The notes beneath the pieces were generated by a model. It did not search any database. It had not been told where the DNA came from and was given only the letters and a program-made list of their open reading frames with translations. A stretch of 64,000 bases of DNA from Gammaproteobacteria bacterium (lineage in GTDB: Bacteria; Pseudomonadota; Gammaproteobacteria; JAIEPX01): positions 1,858-65,857 of the forward strand of contig JAIEPX010000012.1 in assembly GCA_019748175.1 (NCBI GenBank), in the 5' to 3' direction. This document shows positions 1 to 13,162 of this stretch, one piece after another. The translations under genes and the position numbers were made by a program. The first letter of the stretch is position 1; every line of letters begins with the position of its first letter.

Positions 1-2643
1 CAATCTCAATATTATCAATTAGGTACTGAGATTGCGAAATTAGAGCATACCATCTCTCATTCACTCGAACGAGAACAACAATTAAGAAATGATCTCACTC
101 AGATCGAAAGCAATTTACGACGACTAGATGAACAACAAATCGCTGATCAAGATCAATTGCGCGATGCACAACAAGATTTACTCCAAATAGAAGAAAACTC
201 AAGACAACATGCTCAAGAAGCCGCAGAATCTGCAACATTACTTGAAGAAGCGCAAAATCAACTTCAAGCTTCACAACAAGCCTGGGATGCTTTTCAATCC
301 ACAATCGGCGATACGAAACGTCATCTCGAAGTCACACGAACTCAATTGCAACATCATGAACACAGAGCGGAGTCTCTTGAAAATCGACGCGCTCGTTTGT
401 TGCAATTACTTGAAGAATTATCAACGAATGATATCTCTGAAAATGTAGAACTTCATCAACAACAATTAGCAGAATTACAAAGCGAGTTAAGTATACTGCA
501 ACAATTGTTGGATGAATCAAAAACTAAAATTTCCGAATATCGCGAATCACAACGTAACGCTCAAGAATCTTTACAAGATAGTCAAGGACAATTACAACGT
601 CTGCAAGGTCGTCAAAGTTCTTTACACGCATTACAAGAAGTTGCAATGGGTCGTAAAAATTCTCAGCATCAAGCGTGGTTGGCAGAGCAAGGTCTTGCAG
701 AGAATACTCGATTAGCCGAGGTATTAACCGTAGACGCAGGATGGGAAAAAGCAGTCGAAACAGTACTGGATCAGCATTTGGAATCTATCTGTGTCGATAA
801 TTATTCTCAGATCATCGATCACATCGATCAATTAGGCGCCGCAAAAATTAGTTTCTTAAACTCATCTGTCAATGCAGAGCATGCAACACAAAATTCGGCA
901 ACGCCACTCTCAGATAAAGTGCAGACGCATTTACCGATCTCAAAATTATTATCGGGCGTTTATTGCGTAGACAATATTCATGCTGCACTGGAACTTCTGC
1001 CACGATTAAATGCTAGCGAATCGATTGTGACACTCGACGGTATTTGGCTTAGTCATTTATGGCTACGTATCCATCACGCCGTTGACGAACACACGGGGGT
1101 ATTAGCTCGACAACAAGAACTGGCCGATATCGCCACTCAAATTGAACATGCTCAAGAACAGGTGGATAGTAAGCAAGAATTGCTGCAGTCACTTACTGAA
1201 TTACTTCATAATGCTGAACACGAACTGGAATTCCAGCAACAACATCATCGCGAAAAATCTACTCAATTAGGGGATACCCGATCTCAATTAAGTGCTCAAC
1301 ATTCAAAATTAGAGCAACTTCAAGAACGTCAAAAAGATATCCAAAAAGAAATTAACGAGATCAATGAAAATGCAGCTCACATTCAATCTGATATTCAAAC
1401 TTGCAAACACACACTTGAACAAGCTGAACAGCAACTTGCCATTCACGCTCAAGATGAACGAGATTTACAAGCTCAGCGCACGAATGCACAAGAACACTAT
1501 CGTCAGTTACAACACAATGCTAATTTGAGTAAGCAAAAAGCCGATGAAATGCAAATTCGTTGCGCTTCAACTCAAAATCAAATTCATTATTTGGAGCAGG
1601 GTATTGCACGAGCAAGCCAACAAGTCCAACAACTCACAGAACGACGAGAAACTGCGCTGGATTCTATTTCATCATTGTTGGAACCTTTGCCCGAAATGCG
1701 TGACCAGTTGAGTACATTATTAGAACAAAGATTGGACGTTGAAAAAGCACTTACTGCTGCAAAACAACAATTAAGTGAATTTGATCAACAATTGCGTGAC
1801 GCCGAAAAACGACGAGCGCATATTGAAGAAGACTGTCAGGAAATTCGACATCAACATGAACAACTACGTCTTCAAGAACAAACAGCGAAAGTGAAAGCTG
1901 AAGCCCACCAAGAGCACATTGCAAAAAGTGGATTAACGAACGAAGAAATATTACAAGATTTACCTGAAGATGCTGAAGTTTCAGTTTGGCATGAAAAAAT
2001 TGAAGCGAATGAGCTTCGCATTCAACGATTGGGACCCATTAATTTAGCGGCCATTGAAGAATTTCAACAATCTGCGGAACGCAAAGAATATCTTGATCAA
2101 CAAAATGCAGACTTAACAGAAGCTCTAGAAACATTAGAATCTGCTATTCGGAAAATTGATCGCGAAACTCGTGCGAAATTTAAAGAAACCTTCGATCAAG
2201 TGAATCAAACTTTCGAAGCTTATTTCCCTAAAATTTTCGGTGGCGGCCAAGCGTGTCTTGAACTAACGGGTGATGAATTGTTAGACGCAGGGGTGACTGT
2301 AAAAGCGCAACCTCCAGGAAAACGAAATACTTCGATTCACGTACTGTCGGGTGGTGAAAAAGCATTAACTGCTATAGCCCTAGTCTTTTCACTATTTCAG
2401 TTAAATCCAGCACCTTTCTGTATTTTGGATGAGGTTGACGCACCTTTAGATGACGCAAACGTGGGGCGTTATTGCAACCTCGTGAAAGAAATGTCAGAAA
2501 AAGTACAATTTCTATTTATCAGCCACAATAAAATTGCGATTGAAATGGCAAAACAACTCTGTGGTGTGACTATGCATGAACCGGGAGTATCCCGTATGGT
2601 CGCTGTGGATATTGATGAAGCCATCGCGATGGCTGAGGCTTAA
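1..2643 (+). CDS. smc: Chromosome segregation protein SMC (5'-truncated by window)
   Basis: Frame open from base 1; long coiled coils, hinge region, C-terminal LSGGEKALTAIAL signature and ILDEVDAPLD Walker B; smc-zipA-ligA order. Confidence 0.97.
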   Translation, partial: QSQYYQLGTEIAKLEHTISHSLEREQQLRNDLTQIESNLRRLDEQQIADQDQLRDAQQDLLQIEENSRQHAQEAAESATLLEEAQNQLQASQQAWDAFQSTIGDTKRHLEVTRTQLQHHEHRAESLENRRARLLQLLEELSTNDISENVELHQQQLAELQSELSILQQLLDESKTKISEYRESQRNAQESLQDSQGQLQRLQGRQSSLHALQEVAMGRKNSQHQAWLAEQGLAENTRLAEVLTVDAGWEKAVETVLDQHLESICVDNYSQIIDHIDQLGAAKISFLNSSVNAEHATQNSATPLSDKVQTHLPISKLLSGVYCVDNIHAALELLPRLNASESIVTLDGIWLSHLWLRIHHAVDEHTGVLARQQELADIATQIEHAQEQVDSKQELLQSLTELLHNAEHELEFQQQHHREKSTQLGDTRSQLSAQHSKLEQLQERQKDIQKEINEINENAAHIQSDIQTCKHTLEQAEQQLAIHAQDERDLQAQRTNAQEHYRQLQHNANLSKQKADEMQIRCASTQNQIHYLEQGIARASQQVQQLTERRETALDSISSLLEPLPEMRDQLSTLLEQRLDVEKALTAAKQQLSEFDQQLRDAEKRRAHIEEDCQEIRHQHEQLRLQEQTAKVKAEAHQEHIAKSGLTNEEILQDLPEDAEVSVWHEKIEANELRIQRLGPINLAAIEEFQQSAERKEYLDQQNADLTEALETLESAIRKIDRETRAKFKETFDQVNQTFEAYFPKIFGGGQACLELTGDELLDAGVTVKAQPPGKRNTSIHVLSGGEKALTAIALVFSLFQLNPAPFCILDEVDAPLDDANVGRYCNLVKEMSEKVQFLFISHNKIAIEMAKQLCGVTMHEPGVSRMVAVDIDEAIAMAEA

Positions 2644-2664
2644 CAGTACAAAGGAATATAAAAA

Positions 2665-5840
<3,176 letters not shown>

Positions 5841-5848
5841 CACTCGAT

Positions 5849-8026
5849 TTAATAGTCTGTAAAATTGTTTTTACTCATACTGACGTTTACCACCTTCGAG
5901 CTATCAACCTCAATTATGCTATTTTCGGGATTGTTAGGTGATTTTGATTTAAAGGTATTTCCTTCGATAGTTAATGTCTCTGTTTTTGTATTTTCAAACA
6001 GCTCAGATTTATTTACATGCACTCTAAATAATCCGTAGAAAGCATTACCTTTAATGCTAATATTACGAATTCTTGGCCAAAAATCATATTTTGGTGGATC
6101 GGCAGATGGATTGTGACCTGCTTTTTTGGGGCTCACTGTAATAAGACACTTTGAGTTTTTTGGATTACCTAAGATGTTGAAGTGATTATCTGAGATTTCG
6201 ACATCAATATTCGTTGGCAACCGGGAAGGGTATTGTAGACATGAATCAAAGCTGAGCTTACTATTAATTTGCAGCCCAGCTATGGTAATAAGTCCAGTAA
6301 AATATTCATTAACATGGTCTTGGTTTTCACCCACGCACTCGATATTCACTATATTATTTTGAATAATCAATTTGCCATTGTCGTAAACAACCCCAGGCCA
6401 AGACAAAGTAGAATTATCTATGTTAAAAGCATCGCTACCAAAGTCAACAAACTCGCCGTGACGATAATTTTCAACAGAGATGGGAGGATTACCAGCAACT
6501 TGATAGAACTTGCTAATAGTTACATGATTGTCTTTTACAGTAAACTTACCGCCGCGCGCTTCATTAAAATAAAAAGCAGAATCACAATGGCGGTAATCTG
6601 AAGGAAATGACCTGGTCTCTTTATAGTTATTGGTGGTAATGATGTTATGTACAAAATTGTTATTATACCCGCCAATGTTAAATCCACTGCCTTTTAGAAT
6701 GTTATCATGAAAACCCGAATCTTCTGTATTACCATGAAAATTTGCCAGGCCGATTTTATCTATAACTGTCTCTATTAAAACACCTTTATTATCATAAGAT
6801 TGGAGAGGTGCGCTTTTTGCTATGAACGTACAACCAGTGATTTTGATATCCCGATTAACTATTCCAATGGAACCTATCGCGCCAGAGCCCGTAGCAATCG
6901 CGTGCCCAAATGACCTGGCTTCAACAACATCGTTTACATTAATTAACTGTGAATATCCAATGCCAATTGAATAGGCATCTTGGTTTGGGAAAATCGTGGA
7001 ATAGCCGGGAAATTTGGTAGGTTTTTTTATGCGTGTAGAGTCAGGTATTGCAATAATATATTTGCCTTTATTAATATTTACATTAAAGCAATTTGATACA
7101 AATAGGCCACTATTATATGATGCATCAATTACAAATATATTATTGACTTTACTATTGACACAATAACTCAGTCGAATTGCAGTCAAAGACTTTAAATTAA
7201 CTTCAGTTTGGGTTTTAGCATCTACAATAGTGAAATTTTCTAAGGTTACTTCGATAGGGTTTACCTTGAAAATCTCAAATGATTTAAATGAGGGAATGCT
7301 AAAATACTCGTATTTACCTCGCGGTGTAAACTCGATCGATTTTTGATCTGGGATATTCGATAGTGTAAGAAATTCACCCTGGTAATAATACTTTCTTGTG
7401 CCATAACTATAGTCATTGGGATTAGTCAAAATTAATCGGTCAGTAAGTTTTAGTCCATGTGCAAATCTAAAAGTCACTTTATTCGTCACCCTATCATTAA
7501 GTGTTTGAGAAATAGATATAGGGGTATTAATATTTGCACTGCCATGAATATCGAAAAATACAGAATTCTTATTAGAATTACAAAATTCGAGAATTGTATC
7601 CGAACAATCCACGGGCTCTCCTATACTAGGTAGCATCACGGGCTGCAAATTTGTACTACCTTTAATAATTTTACTCATCGATAAAGTAATAGATTTACTA
7701 AAAACATATCTTCCTGGAGGAATATATATTTCACTATATTGTGTACTATCAAAAGCAGCCTGAAATGCTTCATTATTGCTCTTGCATGCATTTGGACCAG
7801 GAGGCTCTCCTGGTTTTAAATGATCTGGTATTGCCCTAAACGGTTGACCTGCACTATCGTGAAAAACAGTTGTTATATCCAAGACATGACTTGGCAGGGC
7901 ACTGCTAGCAAAATTTCTACTAAGAATAGAGCTCGCCATTGATCTGAGCGCACTAGAACCAGATGTTGTTCTAAAAGTATTTGGTGAAGTGCCGAAAAAT
8001 GTTGCTAGGTAGCCTTTTGAACGCAT
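5849..8026 (-). CDS. Right-handed beta-helix (pectate-lyase/tailspike-like) protein with Ser/Arg-rich N-terminal extension
   Basis: NNEAFQAAFD..IYIPPGRY motif typical of Pectate_lyase_3-like N-termini; Asn/Ile-rich strand repeats; ATG at 8026 has a GAGG RBS. Confidence 0.7.
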   Translation of the reverse strand: MRSKGYLATFFGTSPNTFRTTSGSSALRSMASSILSRNFASSALPSHVLDITTVFHDSAGQPFRAIPDHLKPGEPPGPNACKSNNEAFQAAFDSTQYSEIYIPPGRYVFSKSITLSMSKIIKGSTNLQPVMLPSIGEPVDCSDTILEFCNSNKNSVFFDIHGSANINTPISISQTLNDRVTNKVTFRFAHGLKLTDRLILTNPNDYSYGTRKYYYQGEFLTLSNIPDQKSIEFTPRGKYEYFSIPSFKSFEIFKVNPIEVTLENFTIVDAKTQTEVNLKSLTAIRLSYCVNSKVNNIFVIDASYNSGLFVSNCFNVNINKGKYIIAIPDSTRIKKPTKFPGYSTIFPNQDAYSIGIGYSQLINVNDVVEARSFGHAIATGSGAIGSIGIVNRDIKITGCTFIAKSAPLQSYDNKGVLIETVIDKIGLANFHGNTEDSGFHDNILKGSGFNIGGYNNNFVHNIITTNNYKETRSFPSDYRHCDSAFYFNEARGGKFTVKDNHVTISKFYQVAGNPPISVENYRHGEFVDFGSDAFNIDNSTLSWPGVVYDNGKLIIQNNIVNIECVGENQDHVNEYFTGLITIAGLQINSKLSFDSCLQYPSRLPTNIDVEISDNHFNILGNPKNSKCLITVSPKKAGHNPSADPPKYDFWPRIRNISIKGNAFYGLFRVHVNKSELFENTKTETLTIEGNTFKSKSPNNPENSIIEVDSSKVVNVSMSKNNFTDY

Positions 8027-8124
8027 AACCTCATCCTTAGTATTTTGTCCAGGCTTAATTAACTCGATTTCATTACGAGCGTACAAAAGCCCTAATCAGT
8101 TTATATTGTTAATTCAGTAATGCA

Positions 8125-8372
8125 ATGGTTATTTTTGGAAAGGGATATGGCAGTGATCCAATTATATCTACTATGAGTGAAAGGGTTTATGATTTTTACA
8201 AAGCTTATGAGAATGCAGTACAACATGAAGAAGAGCATCGCAAGACCAACACAAGGAGTGGACAGCCTTAATTCAGGCTACTACCCTGACCCCATAGAAG
8301 TAATGGAAATCGATCATTGTTCACCGGTTCCGGTCTCTAATAATGTTGAAGGCTGATTGATATTGCGAAAGA
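8125..8372 (+). pseudogene. Two fused gene-end fragments paralogous to 12161-12405
   Basis: 48-aa ORF 8125-8271 ending EHRKTNTRSGQP, then a fragment RSNGNRSLFTGSGL*; 46/48 and 37/40 nt identity to the 12.2-12.4 kb segments. Confidence 0.55.
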
Positions 8373-8386
8373 TTGAAAATGTCTAC

Positions 8387-8767
8387 TCAATTAATGATGA
8401 ATTTTTTGATATCAAGTCCAGTAATCATCTTGTAGTGTGCATGATTCCCGCTCAACAAAGTTTCGCCGCGAATATCAGCTGATGCCGCAATTAATGCATC
8501 TGCCATTTGCAACCCATCGCTGAGTCTAAATCTTTCCAAGAAGTAAATTGCCCTTGAAGTAATTTCATGGTCTAAGCTAATAATATCAATCTCACGTGCG
8601 CTGATGAAATGCTTTAAATAACGTAACTCTTCTTTATTTTTCACTCCTTGGAGTAGCTCCATGTAAACAACTGCGCTTATAGAGAAACGCCCAATCTTGT
8701 CGAGTGTTTTCTTGGCTTTCTCGTACCCTCGAAAATACCAAATCAGCACATCGGTATCTACAATCAT
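8387..8767 (-). CDS. vapC: PIN-domain toxin (VapC family)
   Basis: MIVDTDVLI, MELLQG and ADALIAASA PIN motifs; overlaps antitoxin stop. Confidence 0.92.
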   Translation of the reverse strand: MIVDTDVLIWYFRGYEKAKKTLDKIGRFSISAVVYMELLQGVKNKEELRYLKHFISAREIDIISLDHEITSRAIYFLERFRLSDGLQMADALIAASADIRGETLLSGNHAHYKMITGLDIKKFIIN

Positions 8768-9000
8768 AGTGACCGACCTTCGCGTAGCTTGCGGATAAAT
8801 TTGTGAACATCCACCATGTCCTTATGGCTTTCCCACATTCCAAAGGCGGGATCAATGCTAACTTCTTTTCGTGTGGATTTAATAGGAACTATCTGCGCAC
8901 AAGCATGACCATGTGATTTAACTGTCACGGAGACACCTCGATTGACAGTGTCGATAATCTCTTTAGTATTAGCCCTTAGCTCTCTAATTGAAACATCCAT
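8764..9000 (-). CDS. Phd/YefM-family antitoxin
   Basis: MDVSIRELRANTKEIIDTVNRGVSVTVKSHG pattern; C-terminal FGMW...IRKLREGR; translationally coupled to the PIN gene. Confidence 0.88.
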   Translation of the reverse strand: MDVSIRELRANTKEIIDTVNRGVSVTVKSHGHACAQIVPIKSTRKEVSIDPAFGMWESHKDMVDVHKFIRKLREGRSL

Positions 9001-9014
9001 AATCACCCCGATAT

Positions 9015-9042
9015 ATTGTGTACAATTATAAGTGTACACAAT
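9015..9042 (-). promoter_or_regulatory. TA operator palindrome enclosing the -10 box
   Basis: ATTGTGTACA-ATTATAAG-TGTACACAAT: perfect 10-bp inverted repeat around minus-strand TATAAT. Confidence 0.75.
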
Positions 9043-9078
9043 TTTGACTCGATTGTCAATGGATAAACGGCGAGTGGT

Positions 9079-9160
9079 GGCAGGTCTAACATTGAAACTA
9101 GTTTTATCTCGTGGACTTCTGCAGAGTGTGAGACTAATGTTTCAATGTCAGACCTGACCC
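9079..9160. repeat. Palindromic element family 1, copy B
   Basis: GGCAGGTCTAACATTGAAACTAG...GACTAATGTTTCAATGTCAGACCTGACCC, same orientation as copy A. Confidence 0.9.
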
Positions 9161-9166
9161 TATCCT

Positions 9167-9859
9167 CTAATTGTTGCGCGCGGTATTTTGGGTATTTTGA
9201 TGGTGGATATAAACTATTGACCCTTGATTGAACGCATCAACACTGTAGGCAATAATCCATCCTAATCCTGCGCCAGCTATCGTATCCGCTAAAAAATTAT
9301 GATTTAGCGCAACAAGACTTAGCACAACTAAAAGGCTAATAATGATCGCAGGAACCTTTAAGATTGGGTAACGCAACGCAAGAAATGTTACCGAAGCAAT
9401 CGTGAGAGAAGCATGGCTTGATGGAAAAGCTTGGAAGGCTTCTGTTTTGCTCGCGAGAAAATGAAAACCATAATCGTTTGTGTCAATTAAAGAAGGATTA
9501 TGATCAATAGTCCACGTTGTTGGCCAATAACGTCCAAAAAGAAATTTTGACCATTCCGTCCAAAAATCGGTAATAACAAGTGTGATGCTGGTCAGCGTTA
9601 AATTACTCAAAAAAGGAGAGACTCGGCCAATTATCCAACTGAATATATGCACAGTGAAAACGCCTAGAGCAGCAGCAACATCAAAGATTTTTGGAATATG
9701 AAAAAATAGCTGCAAGATATGATGTGGTATTGGTTCATGCTTATGAAACCAATAGGCAATAGGTTTGTCAAAAAAATAATAGGATAACAGCGTAGTCGAT
9801 ACTGTCGCGAATGAAACTAGAAATATATTTCTTAAGAAGACTGATTTACGGAATTTCAT
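9167..9859 (-). CDS. PAP2-family membrane phosphatase
   Basis: K-x-x-FGRYWP, FPSSH and NHNFLADTIAG motifs; several TM segments; start uncertain (9859 or 9892). Confidence 0.85.
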   Translation of the reverse strand: MKFRKSVFLRNIFLVSFATVSTTLLSYYFFDKPIAYWFHKHEPIPHHILQLFFHIPKIFDVAAALGVFTVHIFSWIIGRVSPFLSNLTLTSITLVITDFWTEWSKFLFGRYWPTTWTIDHNPSLIDTNDYGFHFLASKTEAFQAFPSSHASLTIASVTFLALRYPILKVPAIIISLLVVLSLVALNHNFLADTIAGAGLGWIIAYSVDAFNQGSIVYIHHQNTQNTARNN

Positions 9860-9947
9860 AAGAACCTCCAAAATCACCACTCTTAGTGACATTATAGCAT
9901 AATTTCAGATTAAAATCTTGTGGCGCCTCTGAACAGGAGGGGGCAGT

Positions 9948-9970
9948 TCTTTGCTTGATGCATAGTCAAT
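9948..9970 (+). repeat. 23-bp direct repeat, left copy
   Basis: TCTTTGCTTGATGCATAGTCAAT identical to 11102-11124. Confidence 0.9.
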
Positions 9971-10039
9971 CTTAATAACTTGAATAAGATTTCACCATGA
10001 AGTATGATAGTTGCAATTTCATAGTGGGGTATAATCAGA

Positions 10040-11083
10040 ATGAAAAACAATACTGAGACATTATCAGTCGACCAAAAACGAGAACACATCAAATCACACT
10101 TCCAATATGTCTTACCTGAATCATGCTTGATATCTGTGGAAATCGTTAACGCGATGTATGATTTATGCCTTGTCCAAAAACAACTTAATTTGGCCATCGA
10201 AGCTTTCAACAATCCGGATTACAAAAATAAACTGTCTCAACTGAAAGCTCTGTGGCAAGAATGTTACCAAAAATCACACGACATTCTTCTTCAATACAAC
10301 CAAGTTAATTTTGATCGTTATCTTGAAAGAATGATTAACGCACATCGGCGAAAAGTTGTTATGTTGCGCACAATTATTGATACTGGTAACGCAAAATCTT
10401 GCCTTTCTTTTTTTGAGCGTTGGATTATTTGCTCTGATCCTATAAAAAGCTTGAGATCACTTCTCCCGGAATGGCTATCAATACCACCTCCAACCACACG
10501 AGATAATATTGAAATCGCGAATACGATGCGTCAATTAGTTGAATATTTTATTCTTCAAGCTAATATACAAGATCGATCATTCGACTCAATGAGAAGTTTG
10601 TTGGGCTTCTTCTCAGATCTCAATAATCCAGATAAGACACCACAACCATTATATCAAAAACTTCATACATCACCTCGCGTAGTTCTGACCAAATTGCTGA
10701 TGACACTATTACAAGACTTTTCAAATCGCGCAAAATACGACCTTGTTTACCAGCAAAATATTGGCACTTTTAGAGATCTGCTTGATGAAATTATAGCCTT
10801 ACGCTGCACTCAAGAACTCAGACCATTACTTATCGATCTAATTCAAGTGATTGTTGAAGAAGATAATGGAAAAATCATATTGCCTGAATTAATTCCTGAA
10901 ATTGCGAGACCAAGAAGTATTCTGGATCCAATTAGGTCCCTAGTTCAGATTCCCTATAGTGTACTCAATACTGCATTTGGCTTTACAAGTCGATTATACG
11001 CAACAGTAGTTGAAACATTTGGAGACGCTCATGAAGAAGAAGCTCCGGCAACTGATGGATCACCTTTTCTACCTCCACTCTAA
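10040..11083 (+). CDS. Hypothetical helical protein, candidate secreted effector
   Basis: 347-aa ORF, no family recognised; EEE block near the C-terminus; TATAAT just upstream. Confidence 0.7.
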   Translation: MKNNTETLSVDQKREHIKSHFQYVLPESCLISVEIVNAMYDLCLVQKQLNLAIEAFNNPDYKNKLSQLKALWQECYQKSHDILLQYNQVNFDRYLERMINAHRRKVVMLRTIIDTGNAKSCLSFFERWIICSDPIKSLRSLLPEWLSIPPPTTRDNIEIANTMRQLVEYFILQANIQDRSFDSMRSLLGFFSDLNNPDKTPQPLYQKLHTSPRVVLTKLLMTLLQDFSNRAKYDLVYQQNIGTFRDLLDEIIALRCTQELRPLLIDLIQVIVEEDNGKIILPELIPEIARPRSILDPIRSLVQIPYSVLNTAFGFTSRLYATVVETFGDAHEEEAPATDGSPFLPPL

Positions 11084-11101
11084 AGAAGGGCAGGGGTCTG
11101 A

Positions 11102-11124
11102 TCTTTGCTTGATGCATAGTCAAT
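11102..11124 (+). repeat. 23-bp direct repeat, right copy
   Basis: Identical to 9948-9970; preceded by GGGCAGGGGTCTGA. Confidence 0.9.
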
Positions 11125-11225
11125 TTGTTGCTTTTTCAGCACTATGACTAAACCACTAAAAATAGAATCTATAAGGATCAATCCAATAAGATTAATGTAG
11201 AAGATGTCAACTATCTCAATAAGTG

Positions 11226-11630
11226 TCAAGAAGTCTTATTTTCATTTGTCTTATTTATATAGTCGATTTCAGCTTGATTTATTTTTTCCATGTTTTCTAC
11301 TGTCCAGGATGTCAACGAGCTCATAACTACGCCCAAATTTTTTCCTAACGGTGTTAAGGTATATTCAACTTTCATGGGTAGTACAGGGAAAGACTGTCGT
11401 GCGACAAAGCCATAACGTTCTAATTTGTTTAAAGATTGTGATAACATTTTCGGGGATATGCCGCCTATTTCACGTTTTAATTCACCAAACCGATAAACTT
11501 TGTGAATCAACAAATTGATGATCAAAATTGACCATTTATCACTTATGCATTCTAGAACATTACGTGATGGGCAACGCTCACTATAAACAGAATAACTCGG
11601 TTTCAGGACTTTCTTTTCATTATCAGCCAT
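11226..11630 (-). CDS. HxlR-family winged-helix regulator
   Basis: CPSRNVLECISDKWSILI, RFGELKREIGGISPKMLSQSL, VEYTLTPLG. Confidence 0.93.
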   Translation of the reverse strand: MADNEKKVLKPSYSVYSERCPSRNVLECISDKWSILIINLLIHKVYRFGELKREIGGISPKMLSQSLNKLERYGFVARQSFPVLPMKVEYTLTPLGKNLGVVMSSLTSWTVENMEKINQAEIDYINKTNENKTS

Positions 11631-11715
11631 TTTTATACCTAATACATAACACATGTTCAGTATACATCAGATACTCTGTTTTCTCAAGTTAATTTGGGAT
11701 ATTTTAGTTTTTAGC

Positions 11716-11735
11716 TAGTTACTTTTTGGTAACTA
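11716..11735. promoter_or_regulatory. Probable HxlR operator
   Basis: TAGTTAC-TTTTTG-GTAACTA palindrome in the divergent intergenic region. Confidence 0.65.
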
Positions 11736-11800
11736 ATTGAATTATTGCGCTGATGCAAGTAGGATTAAATTTCGTAAATAATAGTAGCGGAGATTTTAAA

Positions 11801-12214
11801 ATGATTAGATATAAAAAAAACGCATCACTCATATCAGGTTTGTTGATGTGCATGATGAGTGGTGTGCAAGCAAAATCAGATAATTTGAATTATAGTACGC
11901 AAATTTCATTTGCAGCAAGCAATTCACCCTATAATGCATTCTATTATGAAATTAAGTCACAAACAGTCACTGATTTACAAATGAGGAATGTTTCAACAGA
12001 TAAGATACTATTTCCAGGAACTATAGCATTTTCAGGAGCAACGCAGATCAATCAGCTTAATGAAATTTATTTTGGCGCGGACTATTATATCGAATCAAAA
12101 GAAAGCGCCTACATTATTATTACTTACAACGGTGATAATGCGGGTAATGTACAATGCTACAGAGGTCATGGAAATCGATCATTGTTCATCGGTTCCGGTC
12201 GTCTCAATTTTTAG
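11801..12214 (+). CDS. Small exported hypothetical protein
   Basis: GGAG RBS before ATG 11801; signal-peptide-like MIRYKKNASLISGLLMCMMSGVQA; beta-rich body. Confidence 0.65.
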   Translation: MIRYKKNASLISGLLMCMMSGVQAKSDNLNYSTQISFAASNSPYNAFYYEIKSQTVTDLQMRNVSTDKILFPGTIAFSGATQINQLNEIYFGADYYIESKESAYIIITYNGDNAGNVQCYRGHGNRSLFIGSGRLNF

Positions 12215-12592
12215 CGGTCTAATAGTGTTGGAGACTAAATGATATCGAGAAAGAATGCCCTTAAAATCTTTGTTGATGCAGTAAATAGTCCAAATGCTGA
12301 TGTGGCTAGCATCAAAAGTGCAGCTATTACTTTTAACAAAGCTGATGAGAACGCATAAGAGCATCGCAACACCAACACAAGGAGTGGACAGCCTTAATTC
12401 TGGCTTCACCTCTCCCCCTTCTTCTAGATACAGATAATGTTAATAGGTGATGATATCACTATTAATCACTGATAACTCAGTTTGCTAATTTTTTCCGGAT
12501 GTAGTGTTGTCTATGTGTATATGTTAATATTATTCCACTCGCAAATTAGCGAGAATTATCGCGTTAACAATAATTCTTTTTTGGAGATTAAC

Positions 12593-13027
12593 ATGCAAGA
12601 TAATGAGATAGTCGATGCTGAATATCAAAAAGAGCGCTTATTTGCGTTTGTGCCCGGAGTAGCGCGAAAGACAGCTACGGTGGAAGAAACTCTGCGTTGT
12701 TATGTGCCAAAGATCGTCCCAATAGAAAATGTGCCACTCACATTTTTCCAAACCCAGCTTGAGCAAATCGCTGAAGAGGAAAATTTAGTTGTAGTTAAAG
12801 AATCGCAACTCTTAAATACCAAAACTCGTCGTCAAGCTGAAATCATTAAAGAAAGGGATTCAGTCACGTTCAGTACTCAAACACCGGCATTTTTTCAGGT
12901 TCAGCTAAAACCAGGTAAAACATTGCCTCAAAATGAGGGCAAAACTTATGCAAGTGTTGCTGCCCATGAGGTTGAGTTGACCAGCGAGTCTATTGTCGTT
13001 CTCCATGGTTTTGCAAGACGTGTGTAA
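12593..13027 (+). CDS. Hypothetical protein
   Basis: GGAG RBS before MQDNEI; no family recognised. Confidence 0.65.
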   Translation: MQDNEIVDAEYQKERLFAFVPGVARKTATVEETLRCYVPKIVPIENVPLTFFQTQLEQIAEEENLVVVKESQLLNTKTRRQAEIIKERDSVTFSTQTPAFFQVQLKPGKTLPQNEGKTYASVAAHEVELTSESIVVLHGFARRV

Positions 13028-13162
13028 AATAAGCTGTAGCAACTGAAGAATATGCACTTTCAGAATGAGATTGAAAATATTCAAACGCAGGCACCTCGGT
13101 TCATTACATGATACCATGCGTTATCATAAGCTCATTATGAGAATGCACTATAGGTTTAAATC

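Noticed and set aside
5849-8026. Prophage remnant suggested by the tailspike-like gene
   Set aside because: No other phage genes or integrase nearby
12440-12465. Imperfect palindrome TTAATAG-GTGAT-GAT-ATCAC-TATTAA
   Set aside because: AT-rich, single copy and no assignable regulator; could be chance
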